A DNA stretch of 64,000 nucleotides from an uncultured Solirubrobacterales bacterium (GCA_963743645.1 CAVUQT010000006.1:24238-88237); one strand, 5' to 3'; positions 10,339 to 20,196 are shown, numbered from the stretch's first letter. A program made the numbers and translations. Notes: generated by a model from the letters alone, not told the origin.

Positions 10339-11433
10339 ATGTCCATATCCAGTCGCCCAGCCGGTCGTTTCGCCGTCGCGCCCTTGGTGTTGCTGTGTGT
10401 GATCGCTGCCGCGCCCGCCTCCTCCATGGCCGCCGCGCCGCCCGCGCCGCCCGCGCCGCCTCCGCCCGCGCCCGGCGTGCCGACATCGCCGCCGCCCGCC
10501 GCCCCCAGCCCGGTGGCGGGGAAGCTGAAGCTGGTCCTGCAGCACGTCGGCGGCAGCCCGCCGTTTGCGCTGCTCGGCCAGCGAATCGTGGTGCGGGGCA
10601 TCGTTACGCCATATGCGGGCGGGCAGACGGTGAAGGTCAGCTTTTATCGCGACGGGCACAAGGCTGCAGTGAAGACGGTCACCGTGCAGGCGATCGGCAA
10701 CGGCGCAGGTCAGTTTCACATCGACTATGTGAGTGGCTTTCCCGGGCTGGTGCAGGCGCGCGCGGCCCACTACGCGACCGCGCAGCAGGGTGCGTTCAGC
10801 GGCCGCTCGCCCAGCGTGCAGTACGTGACTGCGACGCTCGGGCCCGGCGGGCAGGGGCCGTCCGTGCGCCTGTTGCAGTCCGAGCTGGACGTGCTGCACT
10901 ACGCGGTGCCGCTGACGGGCGTGTTCGACGAAGGGACCGGGCGCGCGCTGATCGCCTATCGCAAGATGACCGGCCTTGCGCGGGTGCCGTACGCCGGCGC
11001 GCAGGTGTTCAGGCTGCTGCAGCGCGGGGCGGGCGGCTTTCACGTGCGCTACCCGCGCGACGGCAGGCACGTCGAGGCGGACCTGACCCGGCAGGTGCTC
11101 GTCGAGATCGAACCGGGCGGGCGCGTGCGCACGATCTACACGATGAGCTCGGGCAAGCCCTCGACACCGACCGTGATCGGACGCTTTCAGGTGTACGAGA
11201 AGAGCCCGGGCGTCAACAGCGAGGGCATGGTCGACTCGAACTACTTCATCCGCGGATACGCGATCCACGGATACGCAGAAGTCCCGACGTACGCCGCCAG
11301 CCACGGCTGCCTGCGCGTGCCGATTCCGGACGCGCCCGCGATCTACTCGTGGGTGCGGACGGGCACGCCGGTCGATGTGTACAACGAGTACGGTGGCGGC
11401 AGCCGCCATGTGCTGAGCAACGCGGGTCCCTGA
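10339..11433 (+). CDS. Secreted L,D-transpeptidase with peptidoglycan-binding domain
   Basis: Signal peptide, Pro-rich linker, PG-binding motif (VRLLQSEL...GVFDEGT), and AIHG...SHGCLR. TAGGAT lies 6 nt upstream of the ATG. Confidence 0.9.
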   Translation: MSISSRPAGRFAVAPLVLLCVIAAAPASSMAAAPPAPPAPPPPAPGVPTSPPPAAPSPVAGKLKLVLQHVGGSPPFALLGQRIVVRGIVTPYAGGQTVKVSFYRDGHKAAVKTVTVQAIGNGAGQFHIDYVSGFPGLVQARAAHYATAQQGAFSGRSPSVQYVTATLGPGGQGPSVRLLQSELDVLHYAVPLTGVFDEGTGRALIAYRKMTGLARVPYAGAQVFRLLQRGAGGFHVRYPRDGRHVEADLTRQVLVEIEPGGRVRTIYTMSSGKPSTPTVIGRFQVYEKSPGVNSEGMVDSNYFIRGYAIHGYAEVPTYAASHGCLRVPIPDAPAIYSWVRTGTPVDVYNEYGGGSRHVLSNAGP

Positions 11434-11459
11434 ACCTGTTTCAAATTTGAGACAGCCTC
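11432..11459. terminator. AT-rich 28-bp imperfect palindrome between convergent genes
   Basis: GAACCTGTTTCAAA|TTTGAGACAGCCTC, 11 of 14 positions complementary. Confidence 0.45.
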
Positions 11460-11462
11460 TAA

Positions 11463-13076
11463 GCCTGGATCCACCGGTGTTGTCCGGGTTGGGGCGTTGA
11501 ATGACCTCCTGAATCGGGCTTGGTAGCGACAGATTGAGGCTGTCGCGGCCCGGGATCAGGAGGTCACTCGTATGGTGCAGGATGACGAGCGGGTCGGACT
11601 GGACGGTGTGCGGGTTGTTTTTGACGATGATCGTGTGGTTTCGGACGCGGGGATCGCGTTGGTCGCGACGCTCGCGGGGCGGCTCGGGATCGAGGCTCTC
11701 GTGGGCCGGTTCGTGAGGCTTCGTCGTGACCGGCCGGGCGCGACGAACGCTGGCAGGAAGGTGATGGCGCTCGTGTTCGCGATGCTGCTAGGCGCTGACT
11801 GCATTGATGATTGTGATGTGCTGCGGGCGGGCCGCACGCGCCGATTGCTGGGTGGCTGGCTGCCGGCACCGTCGACGTTGGGGACGTTTTTGCGGGCGTT
11901 TACTTTTGGGCATGTGCGCCAGCTCGACCGGGTGCTCGCAGAGTCGTTGACACGCGCGTGGTGGGCGGGTGCCGGCCCGGGCGTCGAGCGGCTGATCGTT
12001 GATGTGGACAGCTTCATCGGGCAGACCTACGGCAACCAGAAGGAGGGTGTCGGTTTCGGGTACACCAAACAGCGCGGGTATCACCCGCTGCTCGCGAGCC
12101 GCGCAGGCACTGGCGAGGTGCTGCACGTTCGGCTGCGCAAGGGACAGGCGAATACGCAGCGCGGCGTTGTGCGCTTCGCCGAGGAGCTAATCGCGCGCGT
12201 CAAACGAGCAGGCGCTGCCGGCGAGAAGCTTTTCAGGGCCGACTCGGGGTTCTGGAACCGCAAGCTGATCGCGAGGCTCGAGCAGGCGGGCTGGCTCTAC
12301 TCGATCAGTGTGCGCCTGCAGTTCTGGGTTCCCGCCGCGATCAAACAGATCCCGGAGTCGGCGTGGCAGCCCTTGGAGGACTACTCCCAAGACGGCGAAG
12401 CGCAGATCGCTGAGACGACCACTCACGGACGACGGCTGGTCGTGCGTCGCACCCGACTCATCGGCGCGCAAGCAGAGCTGTGGCCGGACTGGCGGTATTT
12501 CCCGTTCATCACCAACCGCACCGAGGCGTTGGGGGTCGTGGAGGCTGAGCACCGCCAGCACGCCGTCGTGGAGCTCACGATCCGCGACCTCAAAGACCAG
12601 GCGCTCGCGCACTTTCCCTCCGGCCAGTTCAACGCGAACAGCGCCTGGACAGTGATCGCCTGCATCGCGCACAACCTGCTGCGCTGGACCAGCGCGATCG
12701 GGCTCTCCGGCGAGACCGTGCGCGTCGCGCGCACCATGCGCCGCCGGCTGCTCCAGATCCCGGGCCGGCTGACCCGCACGGGACGCCAATGGACACTTCA
12801 CCTTCCCGCTCGATGGCCATGGCAACACGACTTCACCAGTGCGCTCGCCCGCATCCGCGGACTCCCAGAACTCACCTGAGCGCAAACCGCCGCGATCAGA
12901 GAACCAGCTGAGCCGCCACTCAACACCGAAGGCTCAGTGCTGCCCAAAACACGTTGCCAGGGGCCTCCAAAAGGACGCCATCGCTCCCACACACCGACCA
13001 ACACCAGCACGGCACCCGAAAACCACGCCAACGACACCAATCACCCACAACCAGGTCATCCCGCGGTGGATCCAGG
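11463..13076 (+). mobile_element. IS1380-family insertion sequence
   Basis: Terminal IR GCCTGGATCCACCG at 11463-11476 and 13064-13077. CTAA direct repeat at 11459-11462 and 13077-13080. Ends are uncertain by 1 bp. Confidence 0.9.
11572..12879 (+). CDS. IS1380-family DDE transposase
   Basis: VSDAG, PAPSTLG, IVDVDS, GYHPL, RADSGF, HAVVELTIRDLK and F.AN.AW motifs. Confidence 0.93.
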   Translation: MVQDDERVGLDGVRVVFDDDRVVSDAGIALVATLAGRLGIEALVGRFVRLRRDRPGATNAGRKVMALVFAMLLGADCIDDCDVLRAGRTRRLLGGWLPAPSTLGTFLRAFTFGHVRQLDRVLAESLTRAWWAGAGPGVERLIVDVDSFIGQTYGNQKEGVGFGYTKQRGYHPLLASRAGTGEVLHVRLRKGQANTQRGVVRFAEELIARVKRAGAAGEKLFRADSGFWNRKLIARLEQAGWLYSISVRLQFWVPAAIKQIPESAWQPLEDYSQDGEAQIAETTTHGRRLVVRRTRLIGAQAELWPDWRYFPFITNRTEALGVVEAEHRQHAVVELTIRDLKDQALAHFPSGQFNANSAWTVIACIAHNLLRWTSAIGLSGETVRVARTMRRRLLQIPGRLTRTGRQWTLHLPARWPWQHDFTSALARIRGLPELT

Positions 13077-13442
13077 CTAAACCCGTACTCGGATGAAGCG
13101 CACGAAAAAGGCCACGCCGAAGCCGTACACGAGCAGGGCCAGGACCGTTCTGACGATGTGCACGACCCATTCGCTGTTCGATCCCGACACGACGCCGGCA
13201 AACGGTGAGGTGAGCGTGTCGGAGGCTTCGTCGAGCGTGCGGTGCACCGTGCTCTCGCGCTTGGGGTCAGGCGCGCTCGATTTCGCTTTCGGCCCTTCGC
13301 TGACCTCGTTCTGCTGGCGAGTCGAGGCGCTGCTGGTCTGATTGACGACGAACACGACGAACGCGGCGATCACGATCAGGCAGACGATGCGACTCGCCAG
13401 CAGCAGCAGGCCGGCAAGAGAGGAAGACGGGCGCGAGGTCAT
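13077..13442 (-). CDS. Hypothetical 2-TM membrane protein
   Basis: 121 aa with two hydrophobic segments. TAATCT lies 6 nt before the ATG. The stop codon lies in the IS target duplication. Confidence 0.75.
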   Translation of the reverse strand: MTSRPSSSLAGLLLLASRIVCLIVIAAFVVFVVNQTSSASTRQQNEVSEGPKAKSSAPDPKRESTVHRTLDEASDTLTSPFAGVVSGSNSEWVVHIVRTVLALLVYGFGVAFFVRFIRVRV

Positions 13443-13573
13443 GGAGCTAGATTAGACTCGGACATGGACGCCCTGGCCGAACGTATGAGCGCCCGAGGCA
13501 CTGGCGTACGGGCGAAATACGATGGTTCGTCTGGTCAGACCGGCGACCGTGCAAGGATATGCTGCTCGTGAAT

Positions 13574-14155
13574 ATGACGACCATGACCACACCCCGCGCT
13601 AGCGCAGATCAAGAAGCCCTCATCAGACTCCTGGCTGAGTTTGCTCTGGAAAAGGGCGAGTTCACGCTAAGCAGCGGAGCTCGGGCGAAATACATAGTCG
13701 ACGCAAAGCGGGTCGTGATGCGTTCGGATGGCTTTAGAGTCATCGGTCGGCTGATCGCCGATCAGATCGCTGAGCATGGAGCAACCGCGGTTGGTGGTTT
13801 GACGCTGGGCGCCGATCCGATTGCATATGCAGCCCTGGCAGCGGGCGCGGACGTTAAGGCGTTTGTCGTTCGTAAGGAGCCCAAGGAGCATGGGCTTCAG
13901 CAGCAGGTCGAGGGCCGTCTGCTTGACACAGCAGATCGGTGTCTAGTCGTAGACGACGTTGTCACGACAGGGAAATCGACCATCACCGCTATCAACGTGC
14001 TTAGCGAGATGGGTCTCACGATTTGTGGCGTGGTCAGCCTGCTCGACCGGCTTGCGGGGGGTGCCGATGCAATCCGTGAAGCCATTGATGGCGCCCCGTA
14101 CATAGCGCTAACCACGATCGACGACGTGTATCCCAAACGGCCTGATCGCGACTGA
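13574..14155 (+). CDS. pyrE: Orotate phosphoribosyltransferase
   Basis: GEFTLSSG, GGLTLGADP, VRKEPKEHG, and the PRPP motif VVDDVVTTGKS. Confidence 0.9.
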   Translation: MTTMTTPRASADQEALIRLLAEFALEKGEFTLSSGARAKYIVDAKRVVMRSDGFRVIGRLIADQIAEHGATAVGGLTLGADPIAYAALAAGADVKAFVVRKEPKEHGLQQQVEGRLLDTADRCLVVDDVVTTGKSTITAINVLSEMGLTICGVVSLLDRLAGGADAIREAIDGAPYIALTTIDDVYPKRPDRD

Positions 14156-14176
14156 CGCCGCGGACGGGGCGTCGTA

Positions 14177-14710
14177 GTGGACTCAGCGCGACGTTCCGAG
14201 TCGGCAGGGGGTTCCGTGCCGGCGGTAGTACGCCCAGCCGTGCGGGATGACGTGCCGACCCTGCTCGGCCTGTTCGGCGAACTGGCCGAGTATGAGCACC
14301 TAACGCACGAGCTACGCGCCACCGAGCCCGGGCTGACGGCGGCCCTGTTCGGCGAGCGACCGGCCGCCGAGGCGCTGGTCGCCGAGCGTGACGGCGAGGT
14401 GCTCGGGTACGCGCTGTACTTCCCGACATTCTCCAGCTTCCTGACCAGCACCGGAGTGTGGCTCGAGGATCTGTTCGTGCGCCCCGCGCACCGTGGCGAG
14501 GGCGTGGGCGGGGCGCTGCTGTCCGCGGTCGCCGCGCGCGTGCGCGAACGCGGCGGCGAGCGCCTGGAATGGGCGGCGCTCGACTGGAACGAGCTCGCGC
14601 TCGGGTTCTACCGCCGGCTCGGGGCCGAGACGATGGGCGAGTGGATCACGCACCGATTGGACGGCGCAGCGCTCGAGCGCGTGGCCGGCGGCGGCGATCG
14701 GGGCTCCTAA
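14177..14710 (+). CDS. GNAT N-acetyltransferase (diamine/SSAT-like)
   Basis: ELAEYE, WLEDLFVRPAHRGEGVG and LDWNELALGFY motifs. Confidence 0.9.
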   Translation: MDSARRSESAGGSVPAVVRPAVRDDVPTLLGLFGELAEYEHLTHELRATEPGLTAALFGERPAAEALVAERDGEVLGYALYFPTFSSFLTSTGVWLEDLFVRPAHRGEGVGGALLSAVAARVRERGGERLEWAALDWNELALGFYRRLGAETMGEWITHRLDGAALERVAGGGDRGS

Positions 14711-14719
14711 GATCGAACG

Positions 14720-16219
14720 GTGAACGCATCGCCAGCACGGCCGGCAGACGCGAGCGCCGGCATGGGCGGCGAGCTGCCTCGCGGCAGGCGCAAGCTGGTG
14801 CTTGCCATCTGCTGCATGAGCCTGCTGATCGTCGGGCTGGACAACACGATCGTCAACGTCGCGCTGCCGTCGATCGGCCGCGAGCTGGACACATCCGTCT
14901 CGGGACTGCAGTGGACGGTGGACGCCTACACGCTCGTGCTCGCCAGCCTGCTGATGCTGTCCGGGTCGATGGCCGACCGGTTCGGCCGCCGGCGCGTGTT
15001 CGAGACGGGGCTCGTGCTGTTCACACTCGGCTCGCTGCTGTGCAGCGTCGCGCCGAGCCAGGGCTGGCTGATCGCCTTTCGCATGCTCCAGGCGGTCGGC
15101 GGCTCGATGCTCAATCCAGTCGCGATGTCGATCATCCGCAACGTGTTCACCGACGCGCGCGAGCGCGCACAGGCGATCGGCATGTGGGGGGCGACCGTCG
15201 GCATCAGCCTCGCCCTCGGCCCGGTGGTGGGCGGGGCGCTCGTGCAGTCGGTCGGCTGGCGGTCGATCTTCTGGATCAACGTCCCCGTCGGCCTGGCCGC
15301 GCTGGCGCTGACGATGCGATTCGTTCCCGAGTCGCGCGCGCCGCATCCGCGACGCCTGGACCCGGTCGGCGAGCTGCTCGTGATCGTCTTGCTCGGCTCG
15401 CTGACATACGCGATCATCGAGGCGCCCTCCGCGGGCTGGGCCTCGGACCAGAGCATCGCTCTGTTCGCGCTCGCCGCCGCCGCGCTTGTCGCCCTGATCG
15501 CATACGAGTCCAGGCGCGTGGAGCCGCTGCTGGAACTGCGCTTCTTCCGCAGCGTCCCGTTCTCCAGCGCGAGCGTAATCGCGATCTGCTCGTTCGCCGC
15601 GCTGGGCGGGTTCCTGTTCCTGAACACCCTCTACCTGCAAGAGGTCCGCGGGCTGTCGGCGCTCACGGCCGGGCTGTACACCCTGCCGATCGCGGTGATG
15701 ACGCTTCTGTTCGCTCCGCTCTCAGGCCGCCTGGTCGGCCGGTACGGACCCCGCATCAGCCTGGTCGTCGGCGGGATCGGGATCATGCTGGGAGGACTGC
15801 TGATGACCGGACTGGGCCCGCGCACGTCCCTCGCGTCGCTGCTGCCCGCCTATTTCATCTTCGGGATCGGCTTTGGCATGGTCAACCCACCGATCACCAA
15901 TACCGCCGTGCTCGGCATGCCCGCCGAGCAGGCCGGTGTGGCCGCGGCCGTCGCATCGACCTCCCGTCAGGTCGGCCAGACGCTGGGAGTGGCCGTGGTG
16001 GGCGCCGTGGCGGCGGCGGGCGCGTTCGTGATCGGCCCGGGGTTTGTCGCGGCCAGTCACACGTGCTGGTGGATCATCGCCGGCTGCGGCCTTGTGGCCC
16101 TGCTGCTCGGCCTGATCAGCACGACCGCCGGCGCGAACGCCAGCGCGCGGCGGGTCGCGGACGAACTGGGTGGGGGCGATACCGGTGGGGTTCTCGAGGT
16201 CGAGGCCGCTCGGGCTTGA
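14720..16219 (+). CDS. DHA2-family MFS efflux transporter
   Basis: LDNTIVNVALP, DRFGRRR, LGPVVGG and WRSIFWINVP motifs, with about 14 TM. Confidence 0.92.
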   Translation: MNASPARPADASAGMGGELPRGRRKLVLAICCMSLLIVGLDNTIVNVALPSIGRELDTSVSGLQWTVDAYTLVLASLLMLSGSMADRFGRRRVFETGLVLFTLGSLLCSVAPSQGWLIAFRMLQAVGGSMLNPVAMSIIRNVFTDARERAQAIGMWGATVGISLALGPVVGGALVQSVGWRSIFWINVPVGLAALALTMRFVPESRAPHPRRLDPVGELLVIVLLGSLTYAIIEAPSAGWASDQSIALFALAAAALVALIAYESRRVEPLLELRFFRSVPFSSASVIAICSFAALGGFLFLNTLYLQEVRGLSALTAGLYTLPIAVMTLLFAPLSGRLVGRYGPRISLVVGGIGIMLGGLLMTGLGPRTSLASLLPAYFIFGIGFGMVNPPITNTAVLGMPAEQAGVAAAVASTSRQVGQTLGVAVVGAVAAAGAFVIGPGFVAASHTCWWIIAGCGLVALLLGLISTTAGANASARRVADELGGGDTGGVLEVEAARA

Positions 16220-16322
16220 CGGCCGGGCTCGGCTGTGTGCCATGCGGCCGGAGCGGATGCTGGCGCGGTCGTCGCTGGATGGCGCCTGTAGCCTTCTCTG
16301 AAATCCCGTTCTGTGTGGACTC

Positions 16323-16394
16323 GCCCTCGTAGTCCAATGGATAAGACGACCGCCTCCTAAGCGGTAGATCCAGGTTCGACTCCTGGCGGGGGCA
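16323..16394 (+). tRNA. tRNA-Arg (anticodon CCT)
   Basis: Acceptor stem GCCCTCG/CGGGGGC, anticodon arm ACCGC-CTCCTAA-GCGGT, T arm with TTCGACT loop. CCA is not encoded. Confidence 0.95.
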
Positions 16395-16641
16395 CTACTT
16401 CGAATGGCCTGCAATCGGGCCATTTCCCTGTCTAGGGCGCTCGCAGTGAGACGCTTACGGTCGAGACTGACATAGCTTTGGGCGAGGTCAGTCCAAAGCT
16501 TGTGTACGCGCACGCGCTGATCGTCTGCAACGACCAGCTCAACTGGCCGAACCCCGATCGCGTGCGCGGAATCAACGACGCAATGTACGTGCAGCCCTAG
16601 CAAATCCGACAGCGGCCGGAGCGCCGCGTAAAGTCGTCTGC

Positions 16642-16875
16642 GAGGCTCAATTTCCCTCGCTGAAGGCTAAGAAGCTCCTGCGCGTCCTCAAAGCTCAGCC
16701 TCTCGGCTACCGGATCGTTCGCCAGAACGGTTCGCACCGCAAGATGGAAGCGCCGAACCGCCCCACGATCACCTTCGCCTTCCACGACAGTCAGACGATC
16801 CGTCCATCGACCGTCAAGGACATTCTCTGCAACCAGGTCGGCCTTGCCGAACGGGATGCGCTCGCGCTACTCTGA
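16642..16875 (+). pseudogene. hicA: HicA mRNA-interferase toxin lacking a canonical start codon
   Basis: Manual translation: (E)AQFPSLKAKKLLRVLKAQPLGYRIVRQNGSHRKMEAPNRPTITFAFHDSQTIRPSTVKDIL... with the GSH motif. The first codon is GAG, 7 nt after TAAAGT. Confidence 0.8.
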
Positions 16876-16882
16876 GGAGGCC

Positions 16883-17080
16883 ATGACCGTGCGCGTGCTC
16901 TATCGCCAGGACGAGGACACCTGGGTCGCCTCCTCGCCCGACGTGCCGCGCTGGACCGTGATCGCCGATACCTATCCCGAGGCGCACCAGCTCGCCGAGG
17001 ATGGCGTGCGCTTCGCTCTTGAGCGCGATGACCTGACGGTCGAGCACTACGTTCCCGCCGGCGTCGCCGTCGCCGCGTAG
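16883..17080 (+). CDS. hicB: HicB-family antitoxin (short, no DNA-binding domain)
   Basis: WVASSPDVPRWTVIADTYPEA motif, RBS GAGGAGG, directly after hicA. Confidence 0.8.
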   Translation: MTVRVLYRQDEDTWVASSPDVPRWTVIADTYPEAHQLAEDGVRFALERDDLTVEHYVPAGVAVAA

Positions 17081-17203
17081 CAGCCCCATCGCGACAGCGC
17101 TGAAGACCTCGGCTCTGTATCTGCCAGTGGGCGTTTGCCACTGCCGGATAGCAGTCCCCTCGGGGTATCAGCGGGGTGCTCGCGCGTGGCCGAGCGCATC
17201 AGA

Positions 17204-18705
17204 GAGGTTGTCCCGTCTGGCGTAGAACTTGAGGTGGCGGTCCTCCCGCCCTCGTCCGCTCCGGTTGGGAGCGTGTAGGGCGATTCAAGTCCATTTGTCG
17301 GAGTTCCAGCTCCGGCGACGAGAACAGGAGGAACCGCCATGCAGACCGTATCGCGACCTGAGGTCGTCACTGCGCGGGAGGCCGTCGAGGAGCCGCTCCC
17401 GGCACGGATCCAGGAGGCGCTTGGGCAGCTCGTCGGGGCAGCGAAGGAGGGGTTGCTCGCGCTCAGCGTCGGTGTCGGGCTGGGCGTGTTGGAGGAGTTA
17501 ACGAGCGAGGAGGTCGAGGAGGTGTGCGGCCCATTCGGCAAGCACGACCCGGGCCGCAGCGCGTACCGGCACGGCAGCGATGAAGGAGAGGTCACGCTCG
17601 GCGGGCGGCGCGTGCAGGTCCCCCGGCCGCGGATGCGCACCAAGGATGGCAGCGAGGAGGTGCCGGTGCGGACCTACGAGCACTTCGCCAGCCGTGATCC
17701 GCTCTCGCGGGTCGTGCTGGAGCGGATGCTCGCGGGTGTCTCGACGCGCCGCTACCGCCGGCTGCAGGAGCCGGTTGGCGAGCAGGTCGAGCAGCAGGCC
17801 CGGTCGACGTCGAAGTCAGCGGTATCCCGCACGTTTGTCGCGCGCACCAGGGAGGCGCTGCTGGATCTGATGGCTCGTCGCTTGGAGGACGTGCGCCTGG
17901 CGGTGCTGATGCTCGATGGGATCGTCTTGAAGGACCACACGAACGTCGTGGCGCTCGGGATCACGACCGAAGGAGTGAAGATCCCGCTTGGCTTGTGGGA
18001 GGGCTCGACCGAGAACAAGACGGTCGCGACCGCGCTGCTCGCAGACCTCGTCGATCGCGGCCTTGATGTCGAGCAGGGCGTGCTGGTCGTGATCGACGGT
18101 TCCAAGGCGCTACGGGCTGCGGTGAACGCGGTGCTCGGACCACGAACCCCGGTCCATCGCTGCGTCAGGCACAAGGAGCGAAACGTCCTTGAGCATCTGA
18201 GCGAGCGCGACCGGCCGGCCGTCAAGCGCAGGCTGCGCGCTGCCTGGGCCAAGGACGACCACCGCCAGGCACTCGGCGAGCTTCAGGCGCTCGCGGCAGA
18301 ACTCGAGCGCTCACATCCCGGCGCCGCCGCGTCGCTCAGAGAGGGCATGGTCGAGACACTGACCGTCACCCGCCTGGGTGCCCGCGGCGCGCTCAAGCGC
18401 ACGCTGCAGAGCACAAACCCAATCGAGTCGATGATCGAGTGCGTCAGGCGCAGCTCACGAAACGTGAAGCGCTGGCAGAACGGGGAGATGTCCTTGCGCT
18501 GGACCGCCGCCGGGATGCTCGAGGCCGAACGGCAGTTCCGGCGCATCGTCGGCCACAAGGACCTCGCCAAACTCGCCCTCGCCGTCGAACGCGAGATCAC
18601 CCAGCCCGCCGTCACACACTCAACCCAGGAAACCACTACGCTCATCACCGCCTAAAAGATTCACCCGGGCCGCCGCCGAAGTTCCACGCCGACCGGGACA
18701 TCCTC
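17204..18705 (+). mobile_element. IS256-family insertion sequence
   Basis: Imperfect IRs of about 36 bp (GAGGTTGTCCCGTCTGGCGTAGAACTT... / ...AAGTTCCACGCCGACCGGGACATCCTC). No target duplication. Confidence 0.88.
17339..18655 (+). CDS. IS256-family transposase
   Basis: GVSTRR, LMLDG, VIDGSKAL, RCVRHKERN and STNPIES motifs, with RBS AGGAGG. Confidence 0.95.
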   Translation: MQTVSRPEVVTAREAVEEPLPARIQEALGQLVGAAKEGLLALSVGVGLGVLEELTSEEVEEVCGPFGKHDPGRSAYRHGSDEGEVTLGGRRVQVPRPRMRTKDGSEEVPVRTYEHFASRDPLSRVVLERMLAGVSTRRYRRLQEPVGEQVEQQARSTSKSAVSRTFVARTREALLDLMARRLEDVRLAVLMLDGIVLKDHTNVVALGITTEGVKIPLGLWEGSTENKTVATALLADLVDRGLDVEQGVLVVIDGSKALRAAVNAVLGPRTPVHRCVRHKERNVLEHLSERDRPAVKRRLRAAWAKDDHRQALGELQALAAELERSHPGAAASLREGMVETLTVTRLGARGALKRTLQSTNPIESMIECVRRSSRNVKRWQNGEMSLRWTAAGMLEAERQFRRIVGHKDLAKLALAVEREITQPAVTHSTQETTTLITA

Positions 18706-18934
18706 GCGCGCTGCTGGTTCGAACCCAGGCGGGCGCTTGAGGAGGCCGAGATCTCGATCGAAAGCAATCGCATACTGGGCAACGAGATCGAGGTCGCAAA
18801 GTGCGACGCCGCCCGCTGCATCGCCCTGGCAAAGCTAGGTGATCTGGAGGCTGGCTATGAAGCGGCACTCGACTCCCGCTTGAGGGCGGAACGGATCGGA
18901 TACCCGGCTGGAGCTGCCTTCGCGATCCAGGCTA

Positions 18935-20177
18935 GTGGACGCGTCCGCAAGTCTTGCGGATTATCGGGAGGGATAGCGCCGGGAGCACAGAATTGTGTGT
19001 TGTGCCCCGGAGCAGCCAGCATGTGATCGAACTCTCTGAGGAGGAGCGTGCTGAGCTTGAGCGGCGGGCTTGCACGGTCACGATGCCGTTCCGTGTGGTG
19101 CAGCGGGCGAGAGTGATCCTGTATGCGGCGGAGGGGATGCAGGACATCGATATCGCCGCCCGGCTGGATTGCTCGCCCGACAGCGTTTCTCGGCGAAGAT
19201 CCCGGTTCTGCGCTGAACGGCTGGATGGGCTTGAGGATCAAGCGCGGTCGGGTCGACCGCGTCGTTTTCCCCCCGGAACAGGTCGCCGAGGTCAAGGCGA
19301 TCGCGTGCGAGCTGCCGCGCATCCACGAGCTGGCGCTCTCGCGCTTCTCCCGGGTTGAGCTGCACCGTCTGGTGATCGAGCGCGGCGTCACTGAGGCGTC
19401 GGCCTCGACGATCTGGCGCTGGCTGCACGAAGACGCAATCAAGCCGTGGCAGACACGCTCCTGGATCTTCCCGCGCGACCCCGATTTCGCCGAGAAGGCC
19501 GCCCGCGCGCTGGACCTCTACGCCCGCACCTTCGAGGGTAAGCGGCTGCGACCCGACGAGTACGTGATCTCGGCCGACGAGAAGACCCAGCTGCAAGCGC
19601 TCGGCCGCCATCATGAGACGATCGCCCCGGGCCCGGGGCGCCCCGGGCTGGTCGAGTTTGAGTATCTGCGCGGTGGAACGCTCGCCTACCTCGCTGCGTG
19701 GGATGTGCATCACGCCAACCTGTTTGACCGGATCGAGCAGACGACCGGGATCGTCCCGTTCGGCCGGCTCGTGGACCAGGTAATGAAGGTCGAGCCCTAC
19801 CGGTCGGCCCGCACCGTCTACTGGGTCGTGGACAACGGCTCCAGCCACGCCTGCAAGACCTCCGTCAAGCGGATGGCCGAGGCATACCCAAACGCGAGGC
19901 TGATCCACCTCCCCGTCCACGCCTCCTGGCTGAACCAGATCGAGATTTACTTCTCGATCGTGCAGCGCAAGGCGCTGACCCCCAACGACTTCGCGACGCT
20001 GCCCGAACTCGCCAGACACCTGATGGACTTCGGGCAGCACTACCGCACGTTCGCGCGACCATTCGAGTGGACCTTCACCCGCACCAAGCTCGACGCCGTC
20101 ATCGACAAGATCACCCGCCACGAACCCCAGCCCCTGGCGCTCGCCGCTTGAGCCGCATCACTTCCGGACACGTCCAC
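18935..20177 (+). mobile_element. IS630-family insertion sequence
   Basis: IRs GTGGACGCGTCCGCAAGT / ACTTCCGGACACGTCCAC. TA duplicated at 18933-34 and 20178-79, in a CTAG context. Confidence 0.92.
19002..20151 (+). CDS. IS630 transposase split into two frames (HTH orfA, DDE orfB) at TTTTCCCCCC
   Basis: orfA ends ...RSGRPRRFP. orfB has SADEKT, VDNGSSH and ASWLNQIEIYF. Junction at 19265-19274. Confidence 0.88.
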
Positions 20178-20196
20178 TAGGGCAAGCTTGAAAGGT

